A stretch of DNA of 64,000 bases from a virus (taxonomy: Duplodnaviria > Caudoviricetes): IMG/VR virus record IMGVR_UViG_3300046463_000579, positions 943 to 64,942 of that record; one strand, given 5' to 3'. Both the position numbers and the translations under genes were made by a program. The notes below the pieces were generated by a model. The model saw only the letters and a list, made by a program, of their open reading frames with translations, was not told where the DNA came from and ran no database searches. Below are positions 38,885 to 47,966 of this stretch, piece by piece. The stretch's first letter is position 1, and every line of letters starts with the position of its first letter.

Positions 38885-40441
38885 ATGTCGCAAACATGGA
38901 ATCCGATCAACGGCGGCGACAAGCTCGCGCAGAGCCGGCAGGATCTCGTCGATCGGATGGACTCGCTGAAAACGAACTTCAGCGGCACCTCGTTCCCGAC
39001 GACGAACGTGGTGCAGGGGCAATTCGCCTATCGCACCGATCTTAACCAGCTCTACCAGTGCGATATCTCGAGTCAGACACAGGTCGAATGGAAGCTGATC
39101 GCGGATCTGAATGTCGGCGTGTTCAACAAGCGCGGCGACACGATGGCGGGCTTCCTCACGCTCTACGCCGATCCCGCACAGCCGCTCCACGCGGCGACGA
39201 AGCAGTACACCGACGCCCTGTTCAATCTCGGCGTGAAGAAGGCCGGCGACACGCTCTCCGGGCCGCTCAACCTCTACCGCGATCCAGTGAACACGATGGA
39301 GCCGGCGACGAAGCGCTACGTCGATGGGCGGGGCGCTTACGTGAGCGGCGGGCCGCTCGGCGTGTCCGGAAACCTCGGCACGGGCATCGGGATCTCGCAC
39401 AACGGCTCGGGCGTGGCCGCGGGCACCTACGGCGGCAGCGGCGCGATCCCCGTTATCACGGTCGACGGCTACGGGCACGTGACGAGCATGGGGCAGGCGA
39501 GCCTCTCCCTCTCCAACTTGCTCGGCAAGTACGGCGACACGGCGAGCGAGATTTACAACAACGGGTGGTATCGCAGCAACGGCTCGACCGGTTGGTATAA
39601 CGCGTCGTTTGGCGGCGGCATTTACATGTACGAAGGCTCGACCGTTCGCGTGATGGGCGGCAAGCAATTCGCGACCGACTGGCACACGTTCCAAAGCGAC
39701 GGCCGGATCTGGACGAGCGCGTACGGCTACCTCGATCAGCGGTTCGCCGATGCTTCGGCCAATGGCGCGCTCAATAGCGTCGGTACCGGCAACGCCGGCG
39801 GCGGCAACGTGATCAACCCCGCGTCGTTCTATCTGAGCACCTCGGGCCGCCAGGTCGTGCTTAACCGGGTGTTCGGCAATTGCGCGTGCGACTGCGTGTG
39901 CTCGTGCTTCGTGGCAGGCACGCCGGTGCTGATGGCAGACGGCACGTGGAAGGCCGTCGAGCTCGTGCAGGTGGGCGATTTCGTGATGACGACCGAAGGG
40001 CCGGCCGAAGTGTGGGACTACGAGTACCCGGTGCTCGGCTCGCGCCGGCTGATGCGCTTCGAGGGCGATGAATCGGGCCTCGCATGGTCCGAAGAACACC
40101 CGGTATGGGCTCGCCGCGATGGCAAACAGTGGTGGTGGACGGCGGGCCTCGAGGCGTATCTGCACGAGGTGGCGGTCGGCCGCGCTTCGGGCCTGCTCGA
40201 TAACCGCTCAATGATGGCCGGCGACGAGGGCGTCGAATTCGCCCACATCGACGCGCTCAATGGCTTCCGCGCCGCACGCGTGGTGCCGGTCGAAGGCGCG
40301 AGCGCTTCCACCCTGCTCTATTTCCCGAAGACGCGCGGCTCACAAACCCTGATTCTCGGCTCGGGCTGGGTGTTCAGCGGCGGCATCAACGAATTCACCT
40401 ACGACTACAACCTGATCGACTGGAAGGGCCTGCCGCGATGA
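38885..40441 (+). CDS. Tail fibre 1 with CxCxCxCxC motif and C-terminal Hint domain
   Basis: KxGDT fibre repeats, ATKQY/ATKRY motifs, YNNGWYRSNG; GNCACDCVCS-CFVAGTPVLMADG..K.VE.VQVGD, SEEHP. Confidence 0.85.
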   Translation: MSQTWNPINGGDKLAQSRQDLVDRMDSLKTNFSGTSFPTTNVVQGQFAYRTDLNQLYQCDISSQTQVEWKLIADLNVGVFNKRGDTMAGFLTLYADPAQPLHAATKQYTDALFNLGVKKAGDTLSGPLNLYRDPVNTMEPATKRYVDGRGAYVSGGPLGVSGNLGTGIGISHNGSGVAAGTYGGSGAIPVITVDGYGHVTSMGQASLSLSNLLGKYGDTASEIYNNGWYRSNGSTGWYNASFGGGIYMYEGSTVRVMGGKQFATDWHTFQSDGRIWTSAYGYLDQRFADASANGALNSVGTGNAGGGNVINPASFYLSTSGRQVVLNRVFGNCACDCVCSCFVAGTPVLMADGTWKAVELVQVGDFVMTTEGPAEVWDYEYPVLGSRRLMRFEGDESGLAWSEEHPVWARRDGKQWWWTAGLEAYLHEVAVGRASGLLDNRSMMAGDEGVEFAHIDALNGFRAARVVPVEGASASTLLYFPKTRGSQTLILGSGWVFSGGINEFTYDYNLIDWKGLPR

Positions 40442-41148
40442 TTATCTGCACGCACCGCGCCGACGCAGAGGCGCACGACACCATCACCATCACGCCCACG
40501 GCCGCGGGCTACCGCATCGAGAACGCAGAGCGCGCGCTGCGCTTCGAATTCGATCTCTCGGCGGTTTCCTTCGGCCCGGACATTCTGTACCTCTCGCAGA
40601 ACGCCGCCGGCGGCATCGTGAAAACGTGGGCGTCGGAGACGGCCAACTCGCGCGACGGCCACGCGGCTGCGCACGGGCGCCAGTACGGGCAAGCCGTGGG
40701 CTCGCCCGTGTGCGCGATCGCCATCGAACCGGGCAAGGCCGCGGCGCACGTGGCGACGATCTACGGCGTGATTTCGCCCGCGCCGAACGTGGTGATCGAC
40801 AGCCAGGTCACGAGCACCGACCGGCTGCTCGATCGCAACGTGTCGGCGATGCGCCCGTTCATCGCGAAAATGTGGACGAAGAGCCGCCTGCTCGCGCAGG
40901 TGAACACGCAGGACAGCCTCGCCGCGCTCGAGCAGCAGCTCGATCTGATTACCGCGCTGCTCGCTTCCCTGTATGACCCGAAAAACCCGGCGCTGCCCGA
41001 TTGGGCGCCGGCATTCTTCGAGGCAATGGCCTCGAGCTCGAGCCTCACGCTCACCCAGCCGGCCGCGGCGATCGAGAAAGCCGGCACCTTCAAGCGCGCG
41101 CTGCGCGCCCTTCAGGCGACATACTTCAAGGCGGTGGGCCGTGGCTAA
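40438..41148 (+). CDS. Hypothetical protein coupled between fibre 1 and the radical SAM gene
   Basis: ATGA overlap; helical C-terminus DSLAALEQQLDLITALL. Confidence 0.65.
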   Translation: MIICTHRADAEAHDTITITPTAAGYRIENAERALRFEFDLSAVSFGPDILYLSQNAAGGIVKTWASETANSRDGHAAAHGRQYGQAVGSPVCAIAIEPGKAAAHVATIYGVISPAPNVVIDSQVTSTDRLLDRNVSAMRPFIAKMWTKSRLLAQVNTQDSLAALEQQLDLITALLASLYDPKNPALPDWAPAFFEAMASSSSLTLTQPAAAIEKAGTFKRALRALQATYFKAVGRG

Positions 41149-42508
41149 ATTCATCATCACCGGCCACCGCGCCGGCGAGCGCAAAACGTTCCTGTACGAC
41201 AACCTCACGAGCGAGCTGCGGCACGCGAACGGTCTGCCGGTGCAGGTGGAAGCCCTCGAGCCGCGCGAATACGCGCCCGCCACGCCGCTCGCGGGCACGC
41301 GCCCCTCTCAACCCTCGGGCAAGAGCTCGCCGGCCGTGCTGAAGGTGCAGCTCGGCCTCTCCTGCAACTATTCGTGCGACTACTGCTCGCAGCGGTTCGT
41401 GCCGCGCGCCGATGAAACGAGCGCGAAGCACGTCGACGGCTTCCTCGAGCGCGTGGTGCAGAACGTGGACCTCGCCAAGCTCAAGCGCGTCGAGTTTTGG
41501 GGTGGCGAGCCCTTCGTGTATTGGAAAACGCTCAAGCCGCTCGCGGAGCGCATGCGCGAGCTGCTGCCGGCGGTTGAATTCCTGATCATCACGAACGGCT
41601 CGCTGCTCGATCTCGGCAAAAACGAGTGGATCGACCGCATGGGCTTCGTGGTCGGGATCTCGCACGATGGCCCGGGGCAACCCGTGCGCGGCCCGGATCC
41701 GCTCGAGGACGCCGACACGCGCGCGGCGATCCTCGATCTTTACCGGCGCCTGCGCCCGCATGGGCGGATCTCGTTTAACGCCATGATGAACCGCAGCAAC
41801 ATGAGTCGCGCGGCCGTGGCAGCGTATTTCCGGGCGTTCACGGGCGACCCTGATGTGCCGATCGGCGAGGGCTCGTTTGTGGATCCGTACGACGAGGGCG
41901 GGCTCGATAACTCGCTCTCGAGCGATGACGAGGCGCTGCGCTTCCAAGGCCTCGCGCTGCGCGAGATCCGCGACGGCAGCGCGGCGAATTTCGGCATCGT
42001 GCACAGCCGGATCGCGGAGATCATCAACGCGATCGCGAACCGCCGGCCGGCGTCGGCGCTGCGCCAAAAGTGCGGCATGGACCGCGAGGACCGGCTCGCC
42101 GTGGATCTGCACGGCCGGGTGCTCACGTGCCAGAACGTGTCGGCCGCGGCACTGGCGCCGAACGGCCGCTCTCACCATATTGGTGATATCACCGATATTG
42201 CGGGTGTGCAGCTAGACACGAGCACGCACTTCGCGCACCGTGACGAGTGCCGCAAGTGCCTGCTGCTCCAACAGTGCAAGGGCACCTGCATGTTTCTCGA
42301 GGGGCATCTTTTCGATGCCTCGTGCGACAATTCGTACGCTGATCACCTCCCCTTCTTCGTTGCAGCATTCGAGTACATCACGGGCTTCACGCCGGTGTAC
42401 GTTGCCGGGCCCCAGCGGGCAGACCGGCACGAAATCTTCGGTTCGACAAATCTGCGGAACAAAAACCGGCCCGCCCGCCGGGTAATCCCGATCGTGGCGG
42501 CGGCTTAA
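41141..42508 (+). CDS. Radical SAM protein with SPASM domain
   Basis: CNYSCDYC at 41363-41386; FWGGEP; IITNGSLL; ISHDGP; SPASM KCG...VDLHGRVLTC...CRKCLLLQQCKGTC. Confidence 0.92.
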   Translation: MAKFIITGHRAGERKTFLYDNLTSELRHANGLPVQVEALEPREYAPATPLAGTRPSQPSGKSSPAVLKVQLGLSCNYSCDYCSQRFVPRADETSAKHVDGFLERVVQNVDLAKLKRVEFWGGEPFVYWKTLKPLAERMRELLPAVEFLIITNGSLLDLGKNEWIDRMGFVVGISHDGPGQPVRGPDPLEDADTRAAILDLYRRLRPHGRISFNAMMNRSNMSRAAVAAYFRAFTGDPDVPIGEGSFVDPYDEGGLDNSLSSDDEALRFQGLALREIRDGSAANFGIVHSRIAEIINAIANRRPASALRQKCGMDREDRLAVDLHGRVLTCQNVSAAALAPNGRSHHIGDITDIAGVQLDTSTHFAHRDECRKCLLLQQCKGTCMFLEGHLFDASCDNSYADHLPFFVAAFEYITGFTPVYVAGPQRADRHEIFGSTNLRNKNRPARRVIPIVAAA

Positions 42509-42529
42509 TCCTGCTCGGATCCGAACCGA

Positions 42530-45142
42530 ATGCAAAGCTATACCGCTATCGCGCCATCGCAGACGATCACCTCGTCGCTGGCGCTGCTGCTCAATAACGA
42601 CCAGACCGCCAACAGCCAGAACAGCGGCACCGCCTTCCCCACGGCTAACCTGCTTGTGGGGATGGCGTGCTTTCGCACCGACCTGAATCAGCTCTGGCAG
42701 CTCACGACGATCACGCCGTCCGCGACCTGGCAGCTCGTGTGCGATTTCAACCAGACGCAGATCTACGCGAACGCCAGCGGGCGCGTGCTGATCGGCACGA
42801 CGACCGACGATGGTTCAACCCGGCTGCAAGTGGCGGGCTCGATCGTCGCGGCCGGCGTGATCAAGGGCATGGCCGCACAGAAGGCGATCATCGCCTCGAA
42901 TGGCAGCGGCACGGGGCAAACGTCGATGTTCTTCAACCGCGAGGGCGCGGCCACGGACGAAAAGACGTGGGAGCTCGTTCACAACTCGAGCGGCGGCTTC
43001 GCGCTGCGCTCGATCAATGACGCGTACTCGGCATCGCAGAATGCGATCTTCGTCGGGCGCCCGGCTGGCGGCGGCATCGCACTGTCGAACTTGCAGCTCA
43101 TGCCGGGCGGTGGGCGCGTGCTGATCGGCACGACGACCGACGATGGCGCGACGCTGCTGCAAGTGGCGGGTGGCACTCGCGTGGCCGGCGCGCTTCAGTT
43201 GACGCAGTTCGCGACGCCGGGGGCACCAACCGGAGTCGGATCGAGCACGGGCGGCTCTCTCGCTGCGGCGACGTGGTACGCGAAAATCGTGGCGGTGGAT
43301 TCGCTCGGCAATTTGACGCCGGTGGGCGCCGAATCTTCGGGCGTTACAACCACTGGCACCACGAGCTCGATCTCGTGGACGTGGGCGGCCGTGGCTGGCG
43401 CGGTTTCATACCGTATCTATTACAGCACCACGGCCGGCGGCGAAGCCGCCTACTACACGAGCTCGGCGAACAGCTTCACGCTCACGGCCTCGAGCGGCAC
43501 TGCGGGCACGCCTCCGACCGTCAATACCACGGGCGGGATTTTGGCCGGCGGGCCGCTCACGGTGAACGGCGGGGGGAGCTTCGGCGGCCTGCTCACGGCA
43601 AACAACGGGCTGACCGTCAGTGGCACGACGATCTTCAACAGCGGCATCAACGTGCTCGGCGGCAGTTTCGAGTTCGGCTCGACGACCGCCGCGATGACGC
43701 CGTTCATCGACTTCCACTCCTCGGGCTCGGCCAATGACTTCGACTCGCGGATCATTGCGACGGCCGGCACCGCCGGCTCGACAGGCGCGGGCAATCTCAC
43801 GTTTCAAACCGCGCAGGCCATCATCTATCACGGCTCGATGGCGCAGTTGAAGCTCTCGTCGGGCACCTACGTGCCGGTCATTCGTTCGAATCTTGCCACT
43901 AGCGCGATCGAGTTCGTCAACAGCGCCAACACCGCGGTCAACCTCACGGTGAGCGATGCGGGTGATCTGACGGCGCGGGGCACCGTCTACAGCCAGTTGG
44001 GCGGGAGCAGCTCGACCGGGGCCTTCCGCTTAACCGGTGACGTTGGGGGCGGGTTCGTAGATTGGAGCAATAACCGCAACTACGCAGTCCAGATTGACTC
44101 GCCCAACGCTGCTTCTGCTTACGGCGGCATCCGCTGGACGCGTTGGGGCGGGCGGCATGTAGCGGCAATCGACGCCTACGAAGGCGGCTCGACCAGCTCG
44201 CAGCCGTCGCTCGTGTTCCACGTCGCGAACCAGAACAATGCGTGGACGTTCAGCAACGCGGACATCACGCGCGGCGCGGGGGGTTACGTGTATGGCACGT
44301 GGAACTTCAACCCTTCCAACTACGTTTGGAAGGCCGGCGACACGATGAGCAACCCGCTCGCGGTGGTCTCCGGTGGTGACTCGAACGGCTATCAGGGGCG
44401 CCTCGGCCCCGGCTACATCAAGCTGAATGAATACAGCTACGGCGCATACGTCGACTTTGCACGCATGTCGTCCGAAGACTTCCGCTGGCGCATTCACTAC
44501 AACTTCAGCAGCGGCCAACTGGAATTCATCAGCAACGGCGGACAGACCATCGACTTCCTCTCAGACGGCAACATCTATTGCGGTGGTCGCGGCTACGTGT
44601 GGGATGCGATCAACGCGAAGTTGCCGACGAGCGGCGGCACGCTGGGTTACGTCTACCTGAACGGCGGGGGGGTAGTCGGATACCAGAACTTCGGCTACCT
44701 CAATCAAAACGGCGCATCCACCTACAGTTCCCCGACCAATAACGGCACGTTTGGCGCCATCGCTGCAAACATGATCGCGGCAAGCCAAGTCTGGGCCGTG
44801 TCGGATGAACGTCTGAAAACCGATATCGAGGATATCGCCGAAGACGAGGCGATCTCGTTCGTTCAGGAAGTCGCACCGAAGCGCTACCTGAAGGAAGGCG
44901 TGCGTGAGTGGGGCTTTGTCGCGCAGCACGTCGGTAAGGCCTTGCGCGGCAAGGGCAGCGAACTCTTGACCGTCACGCCGCGCGAAGAGCTCGAGGAACA
45001 GATCGACGAAGACGGCTTTGTCTCGCCGGCAGGCCACGCGCTGAACGTGAGCCATAACCAGATCATCCCGATCCACGCGTCCGTGCTGCGCAACCTGCTG
45101 CGCCGCATGGCTGCACTCGAAGAACTTGTCGGAGCCCACTGA
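42530..45142 (+). CDS. Tail fibre 2 with C-terminal Peptidase S74 intramolecular chaperone
   Basis: G/T/S-rich; PFIDFHSSG..NDFDSRI; KAGDTM; SDERLKTDI...WGFVAQHV. Confidence 0.88.
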   Translation: MQSYTAIAPSQTITSSLALLLNNDQTANSQNSGTAFPTANLLVGMACFRTDLNQLWQLTTITPSATWQLVCDFNQTQIYANASGRVLIGTTTDDGSTRLQVAGSIVAAGVIKGMAAQKAIIASNGSGTGQTSMFFNREGAATDEKTWELVHNSSGGFALRSINDAYSASQNAIFVGRPAGGGIALSNLQLMPGGGRVLIGTTTDDGATLLQVAGGTRVAGALQLTQFATPGAPTGVGSSTGGSLAAATWYAKIVAVDSLGNLTPVGAESSGVTTTGTTSSISWTWAAVAGAVSYRIYYSTTAGGEAAYYTSSANSFTLTASSGTAGTPPTVNTTGGILAGGPLTVNGGGSFGGLLTANNGLTVSGTTIFNSGINVLGGSFEFGSTTAAMTPFIDFHSSGSANDFDSRIIATAGTAGSTGAGNLTFQTAQAIIYHGSMAQLKLSSGTYVPVIRSNLATSAIEFVNSANTAVNLTVSDAGDLTARGTVYSQLGGSSSTGAFRLTGDVGGGFVDWSNNRNYAVQIDSPNAASAYGGIRWTRWGGRHVAAIDAYEGGSTSSQPSLVFHVANQNNAWTFSNADITRGAGGYVYGTWNFNPSNYVWKAGDTMSNPLAVVSGGDSNGYQGRLGPGYIKLNEYSYGAYVDFARMSSEDFRWRIHYNFSSGQLEFISNGGQTIDFLSDGNIYCGGRGYVWDAINAKLPTSGGTLGYVYLNGGGVVGYQNFGYLNQNGASTYSSPTNNGTFGAIAANMIAASQVWAVSDERLKTDIEDIAEDEAISFVQEVAPKRYLKEGVREWGFVAQHVGKALRGKGSELLTVTPREELEEQIDEDGFVSPAGHALNVSHNQIIPIHASVLRNLLRRMAALEELVGAH
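42779..43146 (+). repeat. 35-bp perfect direct repeat within fibre 2 (42779-42813 and 43112-43146)
   Basis: GGGCGCGTGCTGATCGGCACGACGACCGACGATGG twice, 333 bp apart. Confidence 0.9.
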
Positions 45143-45144
45143 GT

Positions 45145-45705
45145 ATGTTTTTTTTCATCTTCGACCCCGCCACGGGCGCGATCCGCGGCTCGATGGAGCT
45201 CCCAGACGGCAGCGCCGCACCGATGCCTCACACGATCGAATGCACCGCCGAACAGGCGGCAAACCCGATCGGGTATAGCGTCGACGTGAACGCCACGCCC
45301 ATCGCGCTCGAGGCGATCGACCCGGCGGTGGCGCTCGCCACCCTGCGCACCTCGCTCGCCGATGGCATCGATAACCTCGTCGCCAGCATTTATGCGACCT
45401 GGACTCGCTTTCAGACGGAGTACTTCGCGCGCGAGGATGCCGCGAACGCCTTCAAGGCCGGCGGCTACGTGGGCGATCCCGGGCCGTGGGTCACCTCGTA
45501 TGCATCGGCCGCAGGGAAGGGCTACATCGACGCCACCGACACGATCCTCGCGCAAGCCGCGGGGCTGCGCAGCGCGCTCGCGCAGATCGGCGAGCAGCGC
45601 ATGCGTAAGTACGAAATTCTCAAATCCTCAGACGCCTCCATCGCCCAAACGTTGAACACCGAAATCACGACCAACATTAAGGCGATCGCTGCGGCGGTCC
45701 AGTGA
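45145..45705 (+). CDS. Tail fibre assembly/chaperone-like protein
   Basis: Follows the fibre; TRFQTEYFAREDAANAFKAGGY...ILAQA...RMRKY. Confidence 0.65.
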   Translation: MFFFIFDPATGAIRGSMELPDGSAAPMPHTIECTAEQAANPIGYSVDVNATPIALEAIDPAVALATLRTSLADGIDNLVASIYATWTRFQTEYFAREDAANAFKAGGYVGDPGPWVTSYASAAGKGYIDATDTILAQAAGLRSALAQIGEQRMRKYEILKSSDASIAQTLNTEITTNIKAIAAAVQ

Positions 45706-45712
45706 GGGAAGC

Positions 45713-46168
45713 ATGCAAGTAGCGTTTTTCAAGGGGACGAAGAGCGGTTTCTCGGGGCTCTTCGAGATCGCAGTGCGCGAGTGGACGGCGGGCAGCTATG
45801 CGCACGCGGAGCTGATCTTGTCGGACGGCCGCGCCTGCTCGAGCACCTTCCTCGAGGGCGGGGTGCGGATCCTGCCGCCCGGCACGCTCGATGTGTCGGA
45901 TCCGGCGCTGTGGGACGTGCTCGATATCACCGGGCTCTTCGACGAGGCCGCGGCGCTCGAGTGGTTCACCGCGCACGATGGCGACACTTACGACTCGTGG
46001 GGCGATGCGCACCTCGTGGTCGGGTTTATCCGCGAGAAACACGGCGCGGAGTTTTGCAGCGAGGCCGTGGCTGCGGCGCTGGCCTTCGAGGAAGCATGGC
46101 GGCTCGATCCGAACGCCCTGTACTTTGTACTGAAGCGTTTTTGTCTGATGAAAACGAAAGCTGTCTGA
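45713..46168 (+). CDS. Permuted papain-like (NlpC/P60 YiiX-type) protein
   Basis: YAHAELI (His) precedes YD..G and FCSEAV (Cys). Confidence 0.7.
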   Translation: MQVAFFKGTKSGFSGLFEIAVREWTAGSYAHAELILSDGRACSSTFLEGGVRILPPGTLDVSDPALWDVLDITGLFDEAAALEWFTAHDGDTYDSWGDAHLVVGFIREKHGAEFCSEAVAAALAFEEAWRLDPNALYFVLKRFCLMKTKAV

Positions 46169-46373
46169 TCGGTCAACTTTCGCGCGGGGCCACCGTTTAC
46201 CCTATGATCGGCCCCGCCCAGCGTCTTTTTGTTACGTTCCGAAACGAATTGCAAGCAAGGTTGACCGCCTGAAAAAATTGTGAAGACGGTATTACACATC
46301 GTACAAATTCAGCTTTAGAATGTGCGCGCGGTATCACCCACTAAACAATTCATTCAGACGGCACATCAAAAGC

Positions 46374-46709
46374 ATGGAAACCCCGGCACAACAACATCAA
46401 GCCCCTGCTCAACAGATCAACCCGAACAGCCTGATCAATGCGATTTCGGGCCAGCGTGATCAAGCGCTGAATGCTCTTGCGATCTCCGAAGCCCAGCGTG
46501 CCGACCTCGGCGCCGCGCTTCAACAAGCCGCCACCGAACTCGAAGCGCTGAAGGCCAACGCCGAACAGCAGCAGGCCGAACGCGACGCAACGATCGACGC
46601 CCTGAAGGCCCAGCTCGCGAAGCTGCAAGACGTGAACGCACAGCTCGACGCGATCGCGCCGGCCGCCGCCGCCGACCTGGCGCCCCAAGCCGCAGTCGCA
46701 GCCGTCTAA
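46374..46709 (+). CDS. Hypothetical coiled-coil protein
   Basis: A/Q/L-rich heptads. Confidence 0.6.
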   Translation: METPAQQHQAPAQQINPNSLINAISGQRDQALNALAISEAQRADLGAALQQAATELEALKANAEQQQAERDATIDALKAQLAKLQDVNAQLDAIAPAAAADLAPQAAVAAV

Positions 46710-46733
46710 GCACCGCACGCTCGAGGGGTTTCC

Positions 46734-47273
46734 ATGAAAAGCAAATTCATCCTTGGCCTGATCGGTGAGCCGGCATCGGGCAAGATCGCGATTGCGAAGC
46801 ATCTGATTGAACGCCACGCCTTCGCGCGCGTGCGCATGATGGAGCCGGTTCACCGCATGCTCGAGGTTGGCTTCGGGCTCGGCGACGAGGACTTCGAAGG
46901 CGAAGCGAAAACCCGCCCGCTGCCGCAGTACGGCGGCCTTACGCCGACCGCGCTCAAGACGATGCTTGGCTACGATTGGGGCCGGCGTACGGTGCACTCC
47001 GATGTGTGGGCGACGCAGTACGCACGCATCGTGAACGAGCTGGCGGCCGAATTCATCGTGACCGACGATATCCGTTTCCCGAACGAGATCATGAAAGCGC
47101 GCGAGCAGGGCGCGGTGATCGTTCGTGTCGACCGCCCTTCTGTGCAGGAAGGCCGCGCGCAAAAGGATCTGCCGTACGACTTCGTGATCACCAACGACAA
47201 GACGCTCGACGATCTGTTCAGCGCGGCCGATGATCTCGTCGCCCGCCTCATGGATCTGCGCAAGGCCGCTTGA
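46734..47273 (+). CDS. Deoxynucleoside monophosphate kinase (T4 gp1-like)
   Basis: GLIGEPASGK, LTP..L..LG.DWGR..VHSDVW, DDIRFPNE. Confidence 0.8.
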   Translation: MKSKFILGLIGEPASGKIAIAKHLIERHAFARVRMMEPVHRMLEVGFGLGDEDFEGEAKTRPLPQYGGLTPTALKTMLGYDWGRRTVHSDVWATQYARIVNELAAEFIVTDDIRFPNEIMKAREQGAVIVRVDRPSVQEGRAQKDLPYDFVITNDKTLDDLFSAADDLVARLMDLRKAA

Positions 47274-47872
47274 CCGTGAACGGCTATCTCAAGCTGGCTA
47301 TCGCCGCCGCCCTGCTCGCCGCGGGCGCGGCCGGCGGCGTTTTCGTGACCGCCAATCACTACGAGGCGCAGCTCGCCACCGCGCACGAAAGCGCCAAGCA
47401 GCTCGAGCTCGATCAGGCGCAGTACAAGCTCGATCTAGCTGCGGAGAGCGCGCGCATCAAGGATGCGAAGCAAGCCGCGGCCAGCGAGGCGTCGCGCTTC
47501 TGGCAGGCAAAATTTGCCGCCCACGATGAACAACTCGCAGAGGACAAACGCAATGAAATCGCCGCTCGTGATCGCACTATCGCTGCTCTGCGCACTGGCG
47601 CTCGCAGCCTGTACGTCGCCGCAACTTGCCCCAGCACAGAAGCCGGCGGATCCGCCGGTCGTGGTGGCGACGGCGTGTCCGGAGCTGCCGCCAGTGCCGG
47701 CGGCGGCAATGGAGCCACACGCGTCAGACTTTCAGTCGAGGCTTCTGAGTTTCTTGTCGCCTTGATGGCAGAGGCCGATCAGGTCGCGGATCAGTTGCGC
47801 GCTACGCAACAGTTTTTGAAGGATGAACGGGCTAAACAGCCCGTGCCGGGGCACACCTCACCGGCTACGTGA
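47270..47872 (+). CDS. Rz: Rz-like inner-membrane spanin
   Basis: N-terminal TM, coiled coil, LRTGARSLYVAATC...EADQVADQLRATQ. Confidence 0.85.
   Translation: MTVNGYLKLAIAAALLAAGAAGGVFVTANHYEAQLATAHESAKQLELDQAQYKLDLAAESARIKDAKQAAASEASRFWQAKFAAHDEQLAEDKRNEIAARDRTIAALRTGARSLYVAATCPSTEAGGSAGRGGDGVSGAAASAGGGNGATRVRLSVEASEFLVALMAEADQVADQLRATQQFLKDERAKQPVPGHTSPAT
47553..47765 (+). CDS. Rz1: Rz1-like outer-membrane lipoprotein spanin embedded in Rz
   Basis: +1 frame; LALAA-C lipobox; Pro-rich CPELPPVPAAAM. Confidence 0.85.
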   Translation: MKSPLVIALSLLCALALAACTSPQLAPAQKPADPPVVVATACPELPPVPAAAMEPHASDFQSRLLSFLSP

Positions 47873-47938
47873 TAGACTTTGTTCGGGCACTTGCACTGCC
47901 CTTTGGCGTTTGCACCGCCTACTGCTCTAAATTCTTGT

Positions 47939-47965
47939 GCCCGCCTCGTGCGGGCCTTTTTTTTG
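47939..47965 (+). terminator. Terminator ending the late operon
   Basis: GCCCGC-CTCGT-GCGGGC followed by a long T run. Confidence 0.85.
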
Positions 47966-47966
47966 C

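Noticed and set aside
39905-40441. Canonical splicing intein
   Set aside because: No terminal His-Asn/nucleophile junction and no C-extein; treated as a cleavage-only Hint domain
41141-42508. Radical SAM as a DNA-modification (QueE) or RNR-activase (NrdG) enzyme
   Set aside because: Length (~455 aa), SPASM domain and lack of que/fol/nrd neighbours do not fit
38885-45142. Diversity-generating retroelement or invertible fibre switch
   Set aside because: No reverse transcriptase, no adenine-variable TR/VR pair, no invertase or flanking inverted repeats seen
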